This document shows, piece after piece, positions 12,830 through 26,476 of a DNA stretch of 64,000 bases. The position numbers were made by a program, and so were the translations under genes. The stretch covers positions 115,878,001 through 115,942,000 of the forward strand of contig OX597821.1 in the NCBI GenBank assembly GCA_951406725.2, written 5' to 3'. The notes beneath the pieces are model-generated. The model saw only the letters and a program-made list of their open reading frames with translations. It was not told the DNA's origin and searched no databases. Each line of letters starts with the position of its first letter. Positions within the stretch are counted from its first letter, which is position 1. This stretch comes from Octopus vulgaris. Its lineage: Eukaryota.

Positions 12830-13860
12830 TTATCGAAGAAGTGCATAGAGAGCATATGATCTACATGTAAGTAACCCACTAGATGCATACCTGAAAAACT
12901 CTGATGACTGGATGTTAAAAATTGTCATAAAGCATGCAAACAAGAAAATGTCATACTCAGTAACAAAACAGTGAATTCCAAAGAGAATAAGTCTCAGAAT
13001 TAGGCGGAATGGAAACAAGTACAAAAAAAGGCTAAGCGTATGAAAACCCTTACTAAAACTGCTGTTTTAGATATTCTTACCGATAAATAGCAAGAAAGAC
13101 CTCTCAAAGGCAAATACCCAAAGAAATCTAATAATGCCGATGTTGACAAAGCCCTTACTCATCAATGGGTAGTGTCTTCCTGCTTAGAATCAGAAACAAG
13201 GGTTTGTCATAGCAGCTCAAGATCAATGCCTACCTATAAGAAGCTACTAGACCACCATATTAAAGAACGGCAGTAGCCCAACAAAATGAAACCATCAATC
13301 ATGTTGTCTCCATGTGTCTTCTTGCGCCTACAAAGTATCTCAGTAGGCATGATAGAGCAGCACAGTATATTCACTGGGTAATTTGCAAAGATTTGGACGT
13401 GCCCCATGATAAAAACTGGTGGGAACACAAACCACCGCCAGTGTTTGAAAATATCACATCTAACTCCTTTAGAACTTTGCTGTTCAAACTGACAGAAAGA
13501 TAGATGCAAATAGGTCAGACATTATATTGAAGGATTTCAAACAAAAAATCATGCCTCCTAATCAATATGACTGTCCCAATCGACATAAATGTATCTGTCA
13601 AGACCTATCAAAGACTAAGCAAGTATAAAGCTCTTGAAACAGAAATTGGCAAAATGTAAAACCTTAAGACTATAATAATTCCTGTTGTCATAGGTGCCTT
13701 AGAAATGCTAGCGAAAGGGCTGATTGCTACCTAGCTGAGATACCAGGAAATCCCAAAATGGAAGAAATTCAATAGATAGTTCTAATGGGAACTGCTCATA
13801 TCCTACGTAAAATGCTGTCTATGCAATCCCAAATTTTAAAACAAACTTATAATTTTCTTA
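12830..13860 (+). mobile_element. Degenerate Dong/R4-clade non-LTR retrotransposon 3' fragment
   Basis: Broken frames give IAAQDQ, RHDRAAQYIHWVICK, RSDII, IDxTVP-like and IPVVIGAL (CCHC plus restriction-like endonuclease region). Confidence 0.8.
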
Positions 13861-14799
13861 TGTTTTCTTAGATATCCTCTAGTATAACAATAATTGTAGG
13901 AACACTTGGAATGATAAAAAAAAGTACTGACTTATTTAAGAATGATCCCTGGCTTACCATCCATACAGGAAATGCAAAAGATTGTCTTAACTAGTACGTC
14001 ACACGTATTGAGAAGAGCAACGCCTCTGAATTTTCTTTCCCTTATCCCCCACTTTATTTTAAAATTTTTTCTTTTTTCTTTCTGTCTTCTCCCTTTTCTC
14101 TATTACATGACTTCGTAAATGAACAATTCGGTGTTCATTTTAATGTCCTACTAATGTATACAATATGTTTCTCTGCCCTAGGTGTCAGGAAGACACTCGG
14201 CAAGAAATGGAAACGGAACTGAAAGAAGATGATGATGAAAATAACAATAATAATAATCCTTTCTACTGGAAGCGCAAGGCCTAAAATTTTGGGGAAGTGA
14301 TTAAGTCGATTACATCGACCTCAGTGTGTAACTGGTACATATTTACTCCATCCCGAAAGGATGAAAGGCAAAGTCGACCTCGGCTGAGTATTTCACCCGG
14401 CTTGCTAACGATTCTGCCAGCTCGCCGCCTAAATAACAATATTAATTACAATAATAGTTTTTTTTTATTAACCACAAAGGGTTTACATAAAAAAACATTG
14501 TGGACAGCACAGGACAAATAGAATGTGGGGATATATATAATTCGTGTAAACAATGAAAAACAATAGATTACATCAACAAAATTCTCCAAAAGTGGGAGAC
14601 CTCCTTGGACTGCTCTTGGAATTCCCACACATCCATGATAGTCCTGACCCCCAGGATATGCATCGTCTCCACTCTGTCTACAGGCACTTTGTCTACTTTG
14701 TCTTCACTCGGGCTATTCATGCGATATTCTCCCCTTTTAACAAAATTGCTGTCCCTCACTTTCCGTTTCAAGTGAATAATAATAGTAGTTGGGCGACTA

Positions 14800-15017
14800 C
14801 CGTGGCCGATAGAATCTAACCTAGCACTTCATTTATGTACCCTCATGGGGGATCTGAGGCCAAAGTCGGATGTACAATGGTCGCATACTGGACACACGAT
14901 GAAACGCTCTGTTGTGTTAGTTCTAGCCTTCATTGCCGTGCGCTTTTCCACTTGGCTAATTCGTCTTTCATTTTCATAGGCTTCTGTTCGCTTGCGAACG
15001 ATATAGCCAGCTCGCCA
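14800..15017 (-). mobile_element. RTE-like LINE 3' end fragment
   Basis: WR...EAYENERR...EKR...CPVC...SDFGLRSxMRVH C-terminal zinc-finger-like end. Confidence 0.6.
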
Positions 15018-15570
15018 CCCAGAAAAGGTCACAGAAAACGAGAAAGCATCCGTACTATGGGATATGCCAATACACAAAAAGTAATTGAGGCCAATAGGCT
15101 GGATATAGTTGTTAGAGATCACAAAAACAAAAACAAAAAATGCCTTCTAATCGATGTATCAATACCAAAAGATGAAAATGCTTCTCCAAAAGAAACGGAG
15201 AAAGTTTCAAAATAGAAGGACCTGGAAATAGAGGTAACTCGAATGTGGAGTCTAAAAACATAAACAATTCCCATCATTAGGTATGATAAAAAAATATTCA
15301 GACAAATACATAACAAAAACACCGGGGCTAACAAGTATATATAACATACAGAAATAGCACCACTAGGCACCGCACGCATCCTATGAAAAAAAAAAAGAAA
15401 GAAAAAGAAAATACACTTTCAATACAATAACAATAAGATCAACACATCCTACGCAGAACACTTTCCATACAATAACCATCAGAGCATCACAACAAATCAC
15501 AGCACATACCCAAGGCACACAGAGCTGCGCTCGGTAGTGCAGTGAAAGCACGTTATAAAAAATAAAACTA

Positions 15571-15574
<4 letters not shown>
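15018..15574 (+). mobile_element. Dong/R4-clade LINE 3' fragment ending in (TAA)n
   Basis: ANRLDIVVRDH...LIDVSIP...EKVSK. Its 3' UTR closely matches that of the next copy. Confidence 0.85.
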
Positions 15575-15654
<80 letters not shown>

Positions 15655-15655
<1 letters not shown>

Positions 15656-16465
15656 GACAAAGAAAAATCCCAGCAATGGTTGAGAAGCTCAGGACTCAAA
15701 GCAGAAACAGAGGGATTTTTAATTGCAGCACAAGACCAAAGCCTCCCCACCAGAAATTACCAAAAACATGTAATGAAAAGAAATATTACAAGTAACTGCA
15801 GAATATGTGGAGATGGACAAGAAACAATAAATCATATTATCTCTAGCTGCCCAGTCTTGGCTAAGAAGGAATATATTCACAGACATGACAGTGTTGGAAC
15901 CTACATACATTGGAAGCTATGCCAACATTATGGAATAACAACAGAAAAAAGATGGTATAGGCACACACCAGAAAAGGTCACAGAAAACGAGAAAGCAACC
16001 AATACTCTGGGATATGCCGATACACACAGATAGAGAAATTAAGGCCAACAGACCAGATATAGTTGTCAGAGATCATGAAGAAAAAAAATGCTTTCTAATT
16101 GATGTATCAATATCGGCTGATGACAACGTGTCTCTAAAAGAAATGGAGAAACTCTCAAAATACAAAGACCTGGAAATAGAGGTAACTAGAATGTGGAATC
16201 TGAAAACAGAAACAATTCCTATCATAGTAGGTGCATTAGGCATGATGAAAAAAATATTCAGACAAATACATAACAAAAACACCAGGACTTACAAACACAT
16301 ATAACATACAGAAAATTGCACTACTAGTCACTGCACACATCCTACGCAGAACACTTTCAATACAGTAACCATCAGAGCATCACAACAAATCACAGCACAT
16401 ACCCAAGGCACACAGAGCTGTGCTCGGTAGTGAAGTGAAAGCACGCTATAAAAATAAAACTACTG
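15655..16465 (+). mobile_element. Dong/R4-clade LINE, 5'-truncated, inserted in (TAA)n
   Basis: ETEGFLIAAQDQ, CRICGDGQETINHIISSC (CCHC), RHD, RPDIVV...IDVS...EKLSKY...IPIIVGALG, with frameshifts. Confidence 0.9.
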
Positions 16466-16503
16466 AATAATAATAATAATAATAATAATAACAACAACAC
16501 CAA

Positions 16504-16638
<135 letters not shown>

Positions 16639-17798
16639 CGATCTAGTCCTTCTCAATCGCAAAATTAGCTCCGCTTAATTTTGCCCATACCGCTTTCGAT
16701 TTTGGTGTATCGATGCAACTCTGAATTTTGATAACGATCAATCAATTACTTTATCTCGTAAATTGAAGAATCTGATGTTATTTGGTAAATGCCGCCAAGC
16801 ACATTAATAATCATCTGATGCCAACAATAGCGAAGCCCTAAATAGATTCCAACATTCTTTATAAATATCAGCTTGGTGTGCACCACTGCATAAACTACGC
16901 ATTCTATTTCATACAAACAAATCTCCCTAAATAATCTACTTAGTAACATATTTCACAAAGTTAGAAAACAGAAGAAAAGGTTTTGATAAAAACGTACCAA
17001 TGTACTATTTTTACAACTAGGTACATATTATAAACTTCTGTCAAATGAAGGCAGCTCAGAAGCGATTATGAAGGAAGGGAAATAACCGAATTTCTTCACT
17101 CTTGACTTACTTCCCTTGACAGATACCATTAAACATCACAACTTTTGGTCTTCAAATAACATCATAGAGTTCACACACGCACACACATAAACACACACAC
17201 GCGCGCGCGCGCAGGTGTATTCATATACATACTTACATACACACATGCTCGCATATATATATATATTTATATATATATATGTGTATATGTATGTACACAC
17301 ATACACACGTATATATATATATACATATATATAATTAAATAAGGGTAGAAATTGATATTAATCAATTAACACCAGTGGTTTAGCATATTTAAAAAAATCC
17401 GAAGATTAAAAATTTTTTACATACAAAATTTAGAGGATTTACGACTAAAAAAATGGACAGCTTATATGCTAGAAATAGACGTCGAAATCGCGAAATCGCC
17501 ATTTTCCACGGAGAATGCGTTCTGAAGAAAAAATTCAGCAAAAACCCAAAGCGTAAAAATAAGCAAGTCAAATGAAAATATACGAAAATATATATATATA
17601 TATTAAAATTCTTAAACAAGTATATTATTGACCGTGACAGATTAGCGATCGTAGGACTGCTGAGTTGGCCGAAACTTCGAAGTGACTGTCAGTATTAAAT
17701 TTGTACTCTACAAACGGATAATGTAAGGTTGTTTTTATTTGTTTTTATCATAACAACTTAAAAACAAACACGAATGTAAAGTGTATGTATATATATAC

Positions 17799-18178
17799 TC
17801 TTTTACTCTTTTACTTGTTTCATTTAACTGTGGCCATGCTGGAGCACCGCCTTTAGTCGAGCAAATCGACTCCAGGACTTATTCTTTGTAAGCCAAGTAC
17901 TTATTATATCGGTCTCTTTGCCGAACCGCTAGGTTACGGGGACGTTAACACACCAGCATCGGTTGTCAAGCGATGTTGGGGGGGGGGGGGCAAACACAGA
18001 CACACAAACATATACACACACACACACACACACATAAATATATACATATATACGACGGTTTTTTTTCAGTTTCCGTCTACCAAATTCACTCACAAGGCTT
18101 TGGTCGGCCGAGAGTATAGTAGAAGATACTTGCCGAAGTTGCCACGCAGTGGAACTGAACCCAGAACCATGTGGTTGG
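17799..18178 (-). mobile_element. tRNA-derived SINE family B (octopus OR/OK-like, CORE-like accttgggcaagt), 5' truncated
   Basis: Reverse-complement match to 18664-19075. Internal (TA/TG)n and (GAGTAAAA)n tail. Confidence 0.85.
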
Positions 18179-18663
18179 TGTGTCTGTGTGTGTGTATATA
18201 TATATATATATATACATATATATGGATGTGTGTGTGTGTGTGTGTTTACTCTATAGTGTTGATTATGATGTTTAGATTTTGTCATTTCCCTTTACTTTCA
18301 ACATCTTATAGGCTTTTATTTTCTCTATCAAAAAACTGAAACGCAAACGCACCTTTGGGTGAGCCGGTTATCTAGTCGGTCCACCTGCAAGAAATAGTAG
18401 GCAAACCACCCTCATATCACATTCAAATATATTAATAAAATGCAAAGTGCTCGATTAGATATTGCAATCGTAGATATCCTGTGGTTCCAGTAACACATCA
18501 ATAACACGAACAACTGAAATCATATCGACATATAAGTATGATTATAATTTTAGTAGAAGAAGAATGTCGTGTTTAATCGATTCTTGCAAATTACTTGAAC
18601 TTGTTTTATCGATCATTGTGAGTTGAAAGAGGTAAAGCTTTAACTTTGATAAACAACTTTGAT

Positions 18664-19075
18664 AGGCGCAGGAGTGGCTGAGTGGTAAGTAGCTTGCTAA
18701 CCAACCACGTGGTTCTGGGTTCAGTCCCACTGCGTGGCACCTTGGGCAAGTGTCTTCTGCTATAGCCCCGGGCCGACCAAAGCCTTGTGAGTGGATTTAG
18801 TAGACGGAAACTGAAAGAAGCCTGTCATATGTGTGTGTGTGTGTGTGTGTGTGTGTCGTGTGTGTGTATTTGTGTGTACCCCTAGCATTGCTTGACAACC
18901 GATGCTGGTGTGTTTACGTCCCCGTCACTTAGCGGTTCGGCCAAAGAGACCGATAGAATAAGTACTGGGCTTACAAAGAATAAGTCCCGGGGTCGATTTG
19001 ATCGGCTAAAGGCGGTGCTCCAGCATGGCCACAGTCAAATGACAGAAACAAGTAAAAGGGTAAAAGAGTAAGAGT
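18664..19075 (+). mobile_element. SINE family B, full length
   Basis: ggcgcaggagtggctgagtggtaag...ggttcagtccc head, CORE-like segment, internal microsatellite and gagtaa tail. Confidence 0.88.
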
Positions 19076-19827
19076 AAGTTCATACAGACTGAAGGTAGAA
19101 AAGAGTATAATAGAAGAGTTAAGCGTTTAACAATTGTGTTTGTGTGAAGACAACTTAGCTATACATCCTGCTTATAAAACCACCGCAGGATTCACTGACA
19201 ACACACACTCATTCACACTCTCTCATAGCCTCATTCTATTACATATACTCTCACACAGTCAGTCTCTTACACTTACACTTACACACACTCTCCTGCACTT
19301 TCACGTACAGTAACAGACATACCTACACATAGTAAGTCAAACCAATGCACACACATACACACCCACTCACATACACTAAGAGATTCCGACGCACAGAAAT
19401 ATAGTTAAACATTTAATCACTATCGGACATTTTCCCATTCTTATGAAGAAATACTGATTGGTTTTCGGAAATAGAAAGAAAAAATCGCTCAAACATGTTG
19501 AAGTTCGTGTTTACTCTACTTTTGATTATTAAAACAATGCAGAGTTTCACTTCAGGTAAGTTTTAATATTCTTCTTTCGAATCTATAAACAATTATTTCG
19601 TGACTGCCAGATTCAAATTTCAGATATTTTGTTATTCTTAACAACCAAAACTCACATTCTTCCGGAGATTCGGCAACACTACACCTGATTTTCTGCCCTC
19701 CATACACACGCAAGCATCTATCTGACTCATACACTGTTCACTTCCCAGACATTACTGCATTTGCTTTATACGCACTTTTGACAAGTTATGGTGCACCTGG
19801 GCACTGTATACAATAATTTCATTATTA

Positions 19828-19895
<68 letters not shown>

Positions 19896-21520
19896 TGTAC
19901 TAATATGTTTACAATATTATTTGCACTAATATTTGTACTAAAAAGTATACTTTAGCGGCAAAGTTAGCGTAGTTGTTTCGTAGCAATGCAACTGTTATTG
20001 CAGCAGGAGAGCATCTTTTTGGCACAGCAGTAAAATCTGGACGTGGTCAAGCATCTCTTCATTTCGATTCCACTGAGAACCAATCTACTTTGAGAAGTGC
20101 ATATTTTCATGAATTCCTATTTTTACCCGTCACTGAAAACAACTAAAATATCCATGCATGAATGCATACATATATACATACACACATACATACATACATA
20201 AATACGTGCGTGCGTACGTACATACATGCATGTGCGTATATACATACACACATGGTGGCTGCCCCCTCGTTATCGAGTATGACCATTGCACGAAGCTTGA
20301 TCAATGTTGTTATCGTGCAATGCCTGTGCAAGAAGATTTTTTTTAAAGTGAGGAAAGGCTGTGCACTGAGTCAATCTCACTCACTAAGCAACAGCAGTCA
20401 TAATCCGAAAAGAAGAACAAGTCAACATCATCGGTAACCACTGAGCCGCAGGTTTTATGTCGGAGTTATCCCAGTTACTTGAGTTACCGTCTCCTAGAGG
20501 GATGCCCTAACAAAGGCTAGGAGTCCTTCACTCCCAATGGTTTAACCGCGCAATCAGGTATTCAGTCCGATTATTTCTATGTCCCCGCGCATGATACAGC
20601 CTTAAGACATTTATTGGATGGCCGTTGACTCTCAAGAGTTCCTCCGCCCTTTGACGGGTTTTGTTTTTTCATCCCGCAAGGTGTCCAATAAACACCCTCC
20701 TCAGCAAGCAAGCTTGGTGGGGTTGCCGGTTTAGTCGCCGACGACCCGACCATGCAACAGGTTGTACTGGGTTACATGTTACCAGTAGCACTCGAAAGTG
20801 ACCTGACAAGAGACATACATACATACATACATACATACATACATACATACAAACATGCATACATACATACATACATACATACATACATACATGCATACAT
20901 ACATACATACATACATACATACATACATACATACATACATACATACATACATACATGCATACATACATACATACATGTATTCATACATACATACATGCAT
21001 ACATACATACATACATGTATTCATACATACATACATACATACATACATACATACATACATACATGCATACATACATACATACATACATACATACATACAT
21101 ACATACATACATGCATGCATACATACATACATACATACATACATACATGCATGCATACATACATACATACATACATACATACATGCATGCATACATACAT
21201 ACATACATACATACATGCATGCATACATACATACATACATACATACATACATACATACATACATAAAACTTGCTGTGTATGAGGGAAAGCGTAGTACCCA
21301 TGGTCTCCGCAGGCCCTCTTAGACTGTAAAGGTTGAGGCTATTGATGTTTCTCGTGAACGAATATAAGTTAACGCCTACAGGAAGGACATAAGTAAACGT
21401 TCTGCGACGGAAGGACTTCACGAATTGGATTTAACAAGGGTATTGACAGTAGTAGAGGGGAGTGAGTCAGGAGTGCCTGAGTAGAGGAGTCATGAACAAG
21501 GGAGGAGCAGGGGCATCATT

Positions 21521-22750
21521 CAGGGTGTTCGGGATAAATTTGACAGTTTTTGTGTCCTGTTTTCTTTCAGGAAGAGCTTGATGTGTTGATGAACAGTCAA
21601 CGGCTATAGTTGAGAAAAATGTAACTAATATGAAGGACTGAAAGCCATCTGAATGCTGGAAAAGATTTAACTGCGTCATAAGCTATCGGCGCGCCATGTA
21701 TCTACATGACTGCTGCTCAATGCCCTGTAGACACTGTAAGATGTGACATGGACATCTGCATCGGAGATTACGATGCCGTTGCCAACAGGAAGGGATGTAC
21801 CAGATGTTCTGAATGCATCCACAGACCGGAACCCCTCCAATAACTGCTAGGCAAGGTGATGGAAGATCTAAGTAAAGAAATCCGGGCTTTGGCGAGAGAA
21901 ATGTGTGTTGGAGTCGCCACCATGAACCTGGCCCTGAATGAGGACCTTTGCTACCACTCGTACAAACGGTGCCAGAGACAAATTCTAACAACCGAGGCGA
22001 AGGAGAACCGCTTGATGGAGGCAAAGAAACTCTCAAACAAGCTGAGGTATCTTGTTGAGCCGGGGATAATCTGGTTCTTCGCAGATGAAAAATTCTGTCA
22101 GGACCAGTTGCGCAACACCCAGAAAAACAGGTGGCTTGCCTGCACTACATGTGATGTCCCATGTATCATGTTAACCAAGTTCCCCCAAATTGCGATCGTC
22201 TTTGGATGTGTCTCCAGTGAGGGTGACACCATGCCGCTCCACAACTTTGCACCGGGATTTAGACTAAAATCAGAAGGCTTCGTAAAGCTGTAGAAAATTG
22301 TGGTTAGTCCCTGGCTGGAGGGGGTTGCTACTGGAAGGCCATATGTGAGGCAGCAAGACTTGGCTCGTTATCACATCTCCGGAAACAGCCAGAAGTGGTT
22401 GTCAGAGAATTTCTGTTACTTCATCAACCCAAATTTCTGGCCTCCTAATGTTTCTGATTGTAATCCCATGAATTATTATGTATGGGATGCAGTTGAGAAA
22501 GACACCAACCATTCTGCCCGCAAGACTAATTATAAACTGGTGGCCAAGATAAAAAGTGTTCAAAGATCTTCCAAGGCACACATCACGTTTCGGAGACATC
22601 TTGAGACCGTGGTACTACTTTCAATACTCTGTTCTCTCCCAACCATAATCCAATTATGTTTTGATTTTTTAAAATACATTTATTTTTTAATGGAACAATA
22701 TGTTTTCTTTACTTTTAATGCAAACTGTCAAATGTATCTCGAACACCTTG
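21521..22750 (+). mobile_element. Tc1/mariner superfamily DNA transposon (DD37D/maT-like), pseudogenised transposase
   Basis: Terminal inverted repeats cagggtgttcgggataaatttgacagttt (21521-21549) and aaactgtcaaatgtatctcgaacaccttg (22722-22750), followed by TA. ORF pieces FFADEK, QQD..H and WPPNxxDxNPMxYYVW. Confidence 0.85.
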
Positions 22751-23129
22751 TAATAATAAAAATGGTAGAGGTAAGAGACATGTATATGAATTAGAATGTC
22801 AATTAGCCGGGTGGTCATTTTCTGGATAACGTCTTGGATGGGAATGCATGCAGTAGCAGCATCGTCTCATATGTAAGAGCAACACTCCATTGTGGTCCCC
22901 ACGAGCTTTGTATGTATGTCACTATTCAGTCTTATTTCAAGATTTCTTGCGAATAGAGAAAGAGCCGGTTTTTAACCTAGACCCAAGGCTCCTTCATTGG
23001 AACTTTAACAACATCAACAGGGTATGTATGTATGTATGTATGTATGTATGTATGTATGTATGTATGTATGTATGTATGTATGTATGTATGTATGTATGTA
23101 TGTATGTATGTATGTATGTATGTATGTAT

Positions 23130-23330
23130 GTATAAGGACTTGCTGAAGGCTTCTTTAAGAGAAGCTTGCATCTCTCCTGACACATGGGAAGGCATAGCTA
23201 TTGATCGTAGCAGGTGGAGAAGGATTGTGCACGAGGGGACAGCTACTTTTGAGAAATCTCGAGTTGCGCATGAGAAAGTAAGGAGGGATGTCAGGAAGGG
23301 TATCGCTGTTACACTTCCAGATGCTGACAT
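23130..23330 (+). mobile_element. RTE-like LINE C-terminal fragment
   Basis: YKDLLKASL..C.I...TWE.IA.DRSRWR..VHEG...FE..R. Confidence 0.7.
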
Positions 23331-23867
23331 GCATCCACTTGTCTGTCTTTGTTTCTCCTCTCTGTGTTTAGCCCCTTGTGGGTAGTAAAGAAATATGTAT
23401 GTATATATATGTTTGTATATTTGTGTATCTGTATTTATGTCTGCTTATATGTATGTCTGTCTCTATGTATGTGTGCGTTTGTGTGTCTGTTCATGTGCGT
23501 ATGCATGCGTCAGCGTGTATATATTTTACATATACATACATGTATAGTCTTCTGTCGTTTTGAGTGATACTGGTCACATGTAATGTAAAACCTATAAAGT
23601 AATCGAAGTGTTGATATCTTCCCCAGGCAATCCTGATCGGAGGGGTTGCAAGAAACCCATCAGTACAAAAGTAAGACTTGTCAAAAGTCCTAATGAACCC
23701 ACCGAAAGATCACCCACAATCTAGAAATAATAGACAAAAATCTAGAAATACTTGAGGTTATAATAGGCGCACCGTAAGACCAGTTTGAATTTGGCAGATC
23801 TTTGATTCTAGTCAGACATCTATCTAGAAGAAAGGTAGATAAGACCCCTTTTAACGGCATTGGTGTT

Positions 23868-24040
23868 CTTGTAGGAGAGTCCTTGAAGGAGAGTCCTTGT
23901 AGGAGAGTCCTTGAAGCAGAGTCCTTGTAGGAGAGTCCTGGAAGGAGAGTCCTTGTAGGAGAGTCCTTGAAGGAGGGTCCTTGAAGGAGAGTCCTTGAAG
24001 GAGAGTCCTTGAAGGAGAGTCCTTGTAAGAGAGTCCTTGA
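23868..24040. repeat. 14-bp minisatellite (GAGAGTCCTTGWAG) about 12 copies
   Basis: Directly visible tandem array. Confidence 0.9.
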
Positions 24041-24618
24041 AGATAAAATCTGGAAGAAAACGTCTCGAGCGAAAAAAACAATGTGTGATGATTAGGTTCA
24101 AGCCAGTTGTAAATGACTGGAAGTGTGCAAGTGTTATTTGTGTTGGGTTACCTTTATCATTGGATAACTTTCACAACGAAAGTAGAGATAATAGGAAATG
24201 TGTGTTCCATATCATCTGCTGCAACTTCAATCTCAGAGATGGTTGTTGTCGTTGCAGCTGCGACGACGAAATACCGTCATTTCGGCGGTTTTTACTTCGC
24301 TCCTGAGCGCACATTGTAGATGTAGCATATATGGTTGCCGATACAATTCTTTGCTCGCTTACGCGGTTTCGGCCTGCTTCTCTGTTGCTGCAGCTCTTGA
24401 AAAATTAATCATCATAGGATCGCAATTGATTGAGAAGACGTAGAAACTCAGAAGCTTGTATGCATGTGGATGTAAACGAACCAATAGCGGTTATAAAGCG
24501 GAAGTGGGGAACAAATAGAACACGAACAGAAAACGGTGGTTTCAATTTCCATTTACCAAATCTACTCACATAGCTTTATTCGTCGCCATGCACACACACA
24601 CACACACATACGCGCGCG

Positions 24619-24650
<32 letters not shown>

Positions 24651-24661
24651 AATATATATTC

Positions 24662-25063
24662 TTTTATTCTTTTACTTGTTTCGGAATATTTTACTGCTGC
24701 CATGCTGGAGCACCACATTTAGTCGAGCAAATCGGCCGCAGGACTTATTCTTTGTAAGCTTACTACTTATTCTATCGGCCTCTTTTGCCGAACCGCTAAG
24801 TTACGGGGACGTAAACACACCAGCATCTGTTGTCAAGCGATGCCGGGGGGGGGGGGACAAACACAGACGCACAAACATACACACACATACAGTTCTATAT
24901 TTAAGAGATGAGAAATTATGTAGATTATTTACATTATTTACATTATTTACATTCGACGGATATTTGTCCTCATCTTGTTTGTTGTTAACACAACAAACAA
25001 GATGAGGACAAATATCCGTCGAATGTAAATAATGTAAATAATGTATAAACACACATACACACA

Positions 25064-25109
<46 letters not shown>

Positions 25110-25173
25110 ATCGAAGTGTTGGTATCTTCCCCAGGCTATCCTGGTCGGAGGGGTTGCAAGAAACCCATCATAT

Positions 25174-25204
<31 letters not shown>

Positions 25205-25330
25205 CGACGGGCTTCTTTCAGTTTCCGTCTAATAAATCCACTCACAAGGCTTTGGTCGGCCCGAGGCTATAGTAGAAGACACTTGCCGAAGGAGCCACGC
25301 AGGGGAACTGAACCCGGAACCATATGGTTG
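24662..25330 (-). mobile_element. SINE family B with nested insertions in its internal microsatellite
   Basis: 3' half at 24662-24890 and 5' half at 25203-25330 are separated by the 55-bp palindrome and a 64-bp segment also present at 23599-23662. Confidence 0.8.
24930..25045. repeat. Perfect 55-bp inverted repeat with 6-nt loop, built from the tail of the hammerhead element
   Basis: 24930-24984 is the exact reverse complement of 24991-25045. Loop ttaaca. Confidence 0.92.
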
Positions 25331-25718
25331 ATACAAATATGCGTGCATATATACATGGATGCATGTTTGTATGACTATATATATATATACTCGCACACGC
25401 ACACATATGGATACATGTATGTACGCATGTATATATATAAATTATTTTAACCATGTCGTACTTATGCGGTGATTTGGCGGGCGATTCAGACTGGCTGTGT
25501 CCATACGTGCATATGTATGTATGTACGACGCTCGTATATGTAAGTATATCGAACATTTAACGTGGTACTATAGTCAGTGTTTCGACTGCTATTTCGGCAT
25601 GTTGGTGTCTTTTAGACACCCTCATTTTTAATTGTTAAAAAAAATTTTTTTTACCTTTGTAAGGTATTTCTTTCATGCTGGCCACTTGATAATTTCGACA
25701 CTTAAATATCGATATTAT

Positions 25719-25768
<50 letters not shown>

Positions 25769-25786
25769 GTATATATGTGTATATAG

Positions 25787-25888
<102 letters not shown>

Positions 25889-26130
25889 TACACAAACATA
25901 AGAACGTGTATGTGAATGTGTGCATGTATGCGTAAGGAAGACTGTATTGATAAGGACCATATGTGTTCGATCCCAAATCAGGAAAGTGGTCCTCAAATTT
26001 GCACGGCATCTTAAATTACTAATCTTTTCCGGTCAAAGGATGGGCATCGATTCTTTGATGAAAATCTAAAATGTCTGCCTCAAACTAAATCAGATAGATT
26101 TCACTTGTTCTATTCTCTCATTGATATAAG

Positions 26131-26172
26131 TTTGTGACGTCACTACTCCAGTTCTACAGCCACACCAAAATG
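26131..26172 (+). CDS. Possible upstream phase 1-1 exon of the integrin beta-like gene (xCDVTTPVLQPHQN)
   Basis: Pyrimidine tract, then taag|TT...AAT G|gtgtgt. 42 nt, symmetric and open, but splice sites are weak. Confidence 0.3.
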
Positions 26173-26391
26173 GTGTGTTTATCAAAAGTGATGCACCTCA
26201 GGTTGCATTTCAAATGGTTCTTAGATAGCTGTGTATTCTTTAACATTTTTTTGAAGAACTTTTAGTCGAATGTATCGACTTATTTTCTATTATCTCTTTT
26301 GACGAACCTCTAGATTACAGGGACATAAACACACAAACACCGGTTGTTAAACGGTGGTGAGGGACAAACACAGGCACAAAGAAAAAAAACA

Positions 26392-26424
<33 letters not shown>

Positions 26425-26433
26425 GCACGCACG

Positions 26434-26476
<43 letters not shown>

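Noticed and set aside
23868-24040. CRISPR-like array
   Set aside because: Contiguous 14-bp units with no unique spacers, in eukaryotic DNA.
24481-24506. CCAAT, TATAAA and CGGAAGT cluster as integrin promoter
   Set aside because: CCAAT-TATA spacing is too short, the region may belong to a repeat, and no signal-peptide exon follows.
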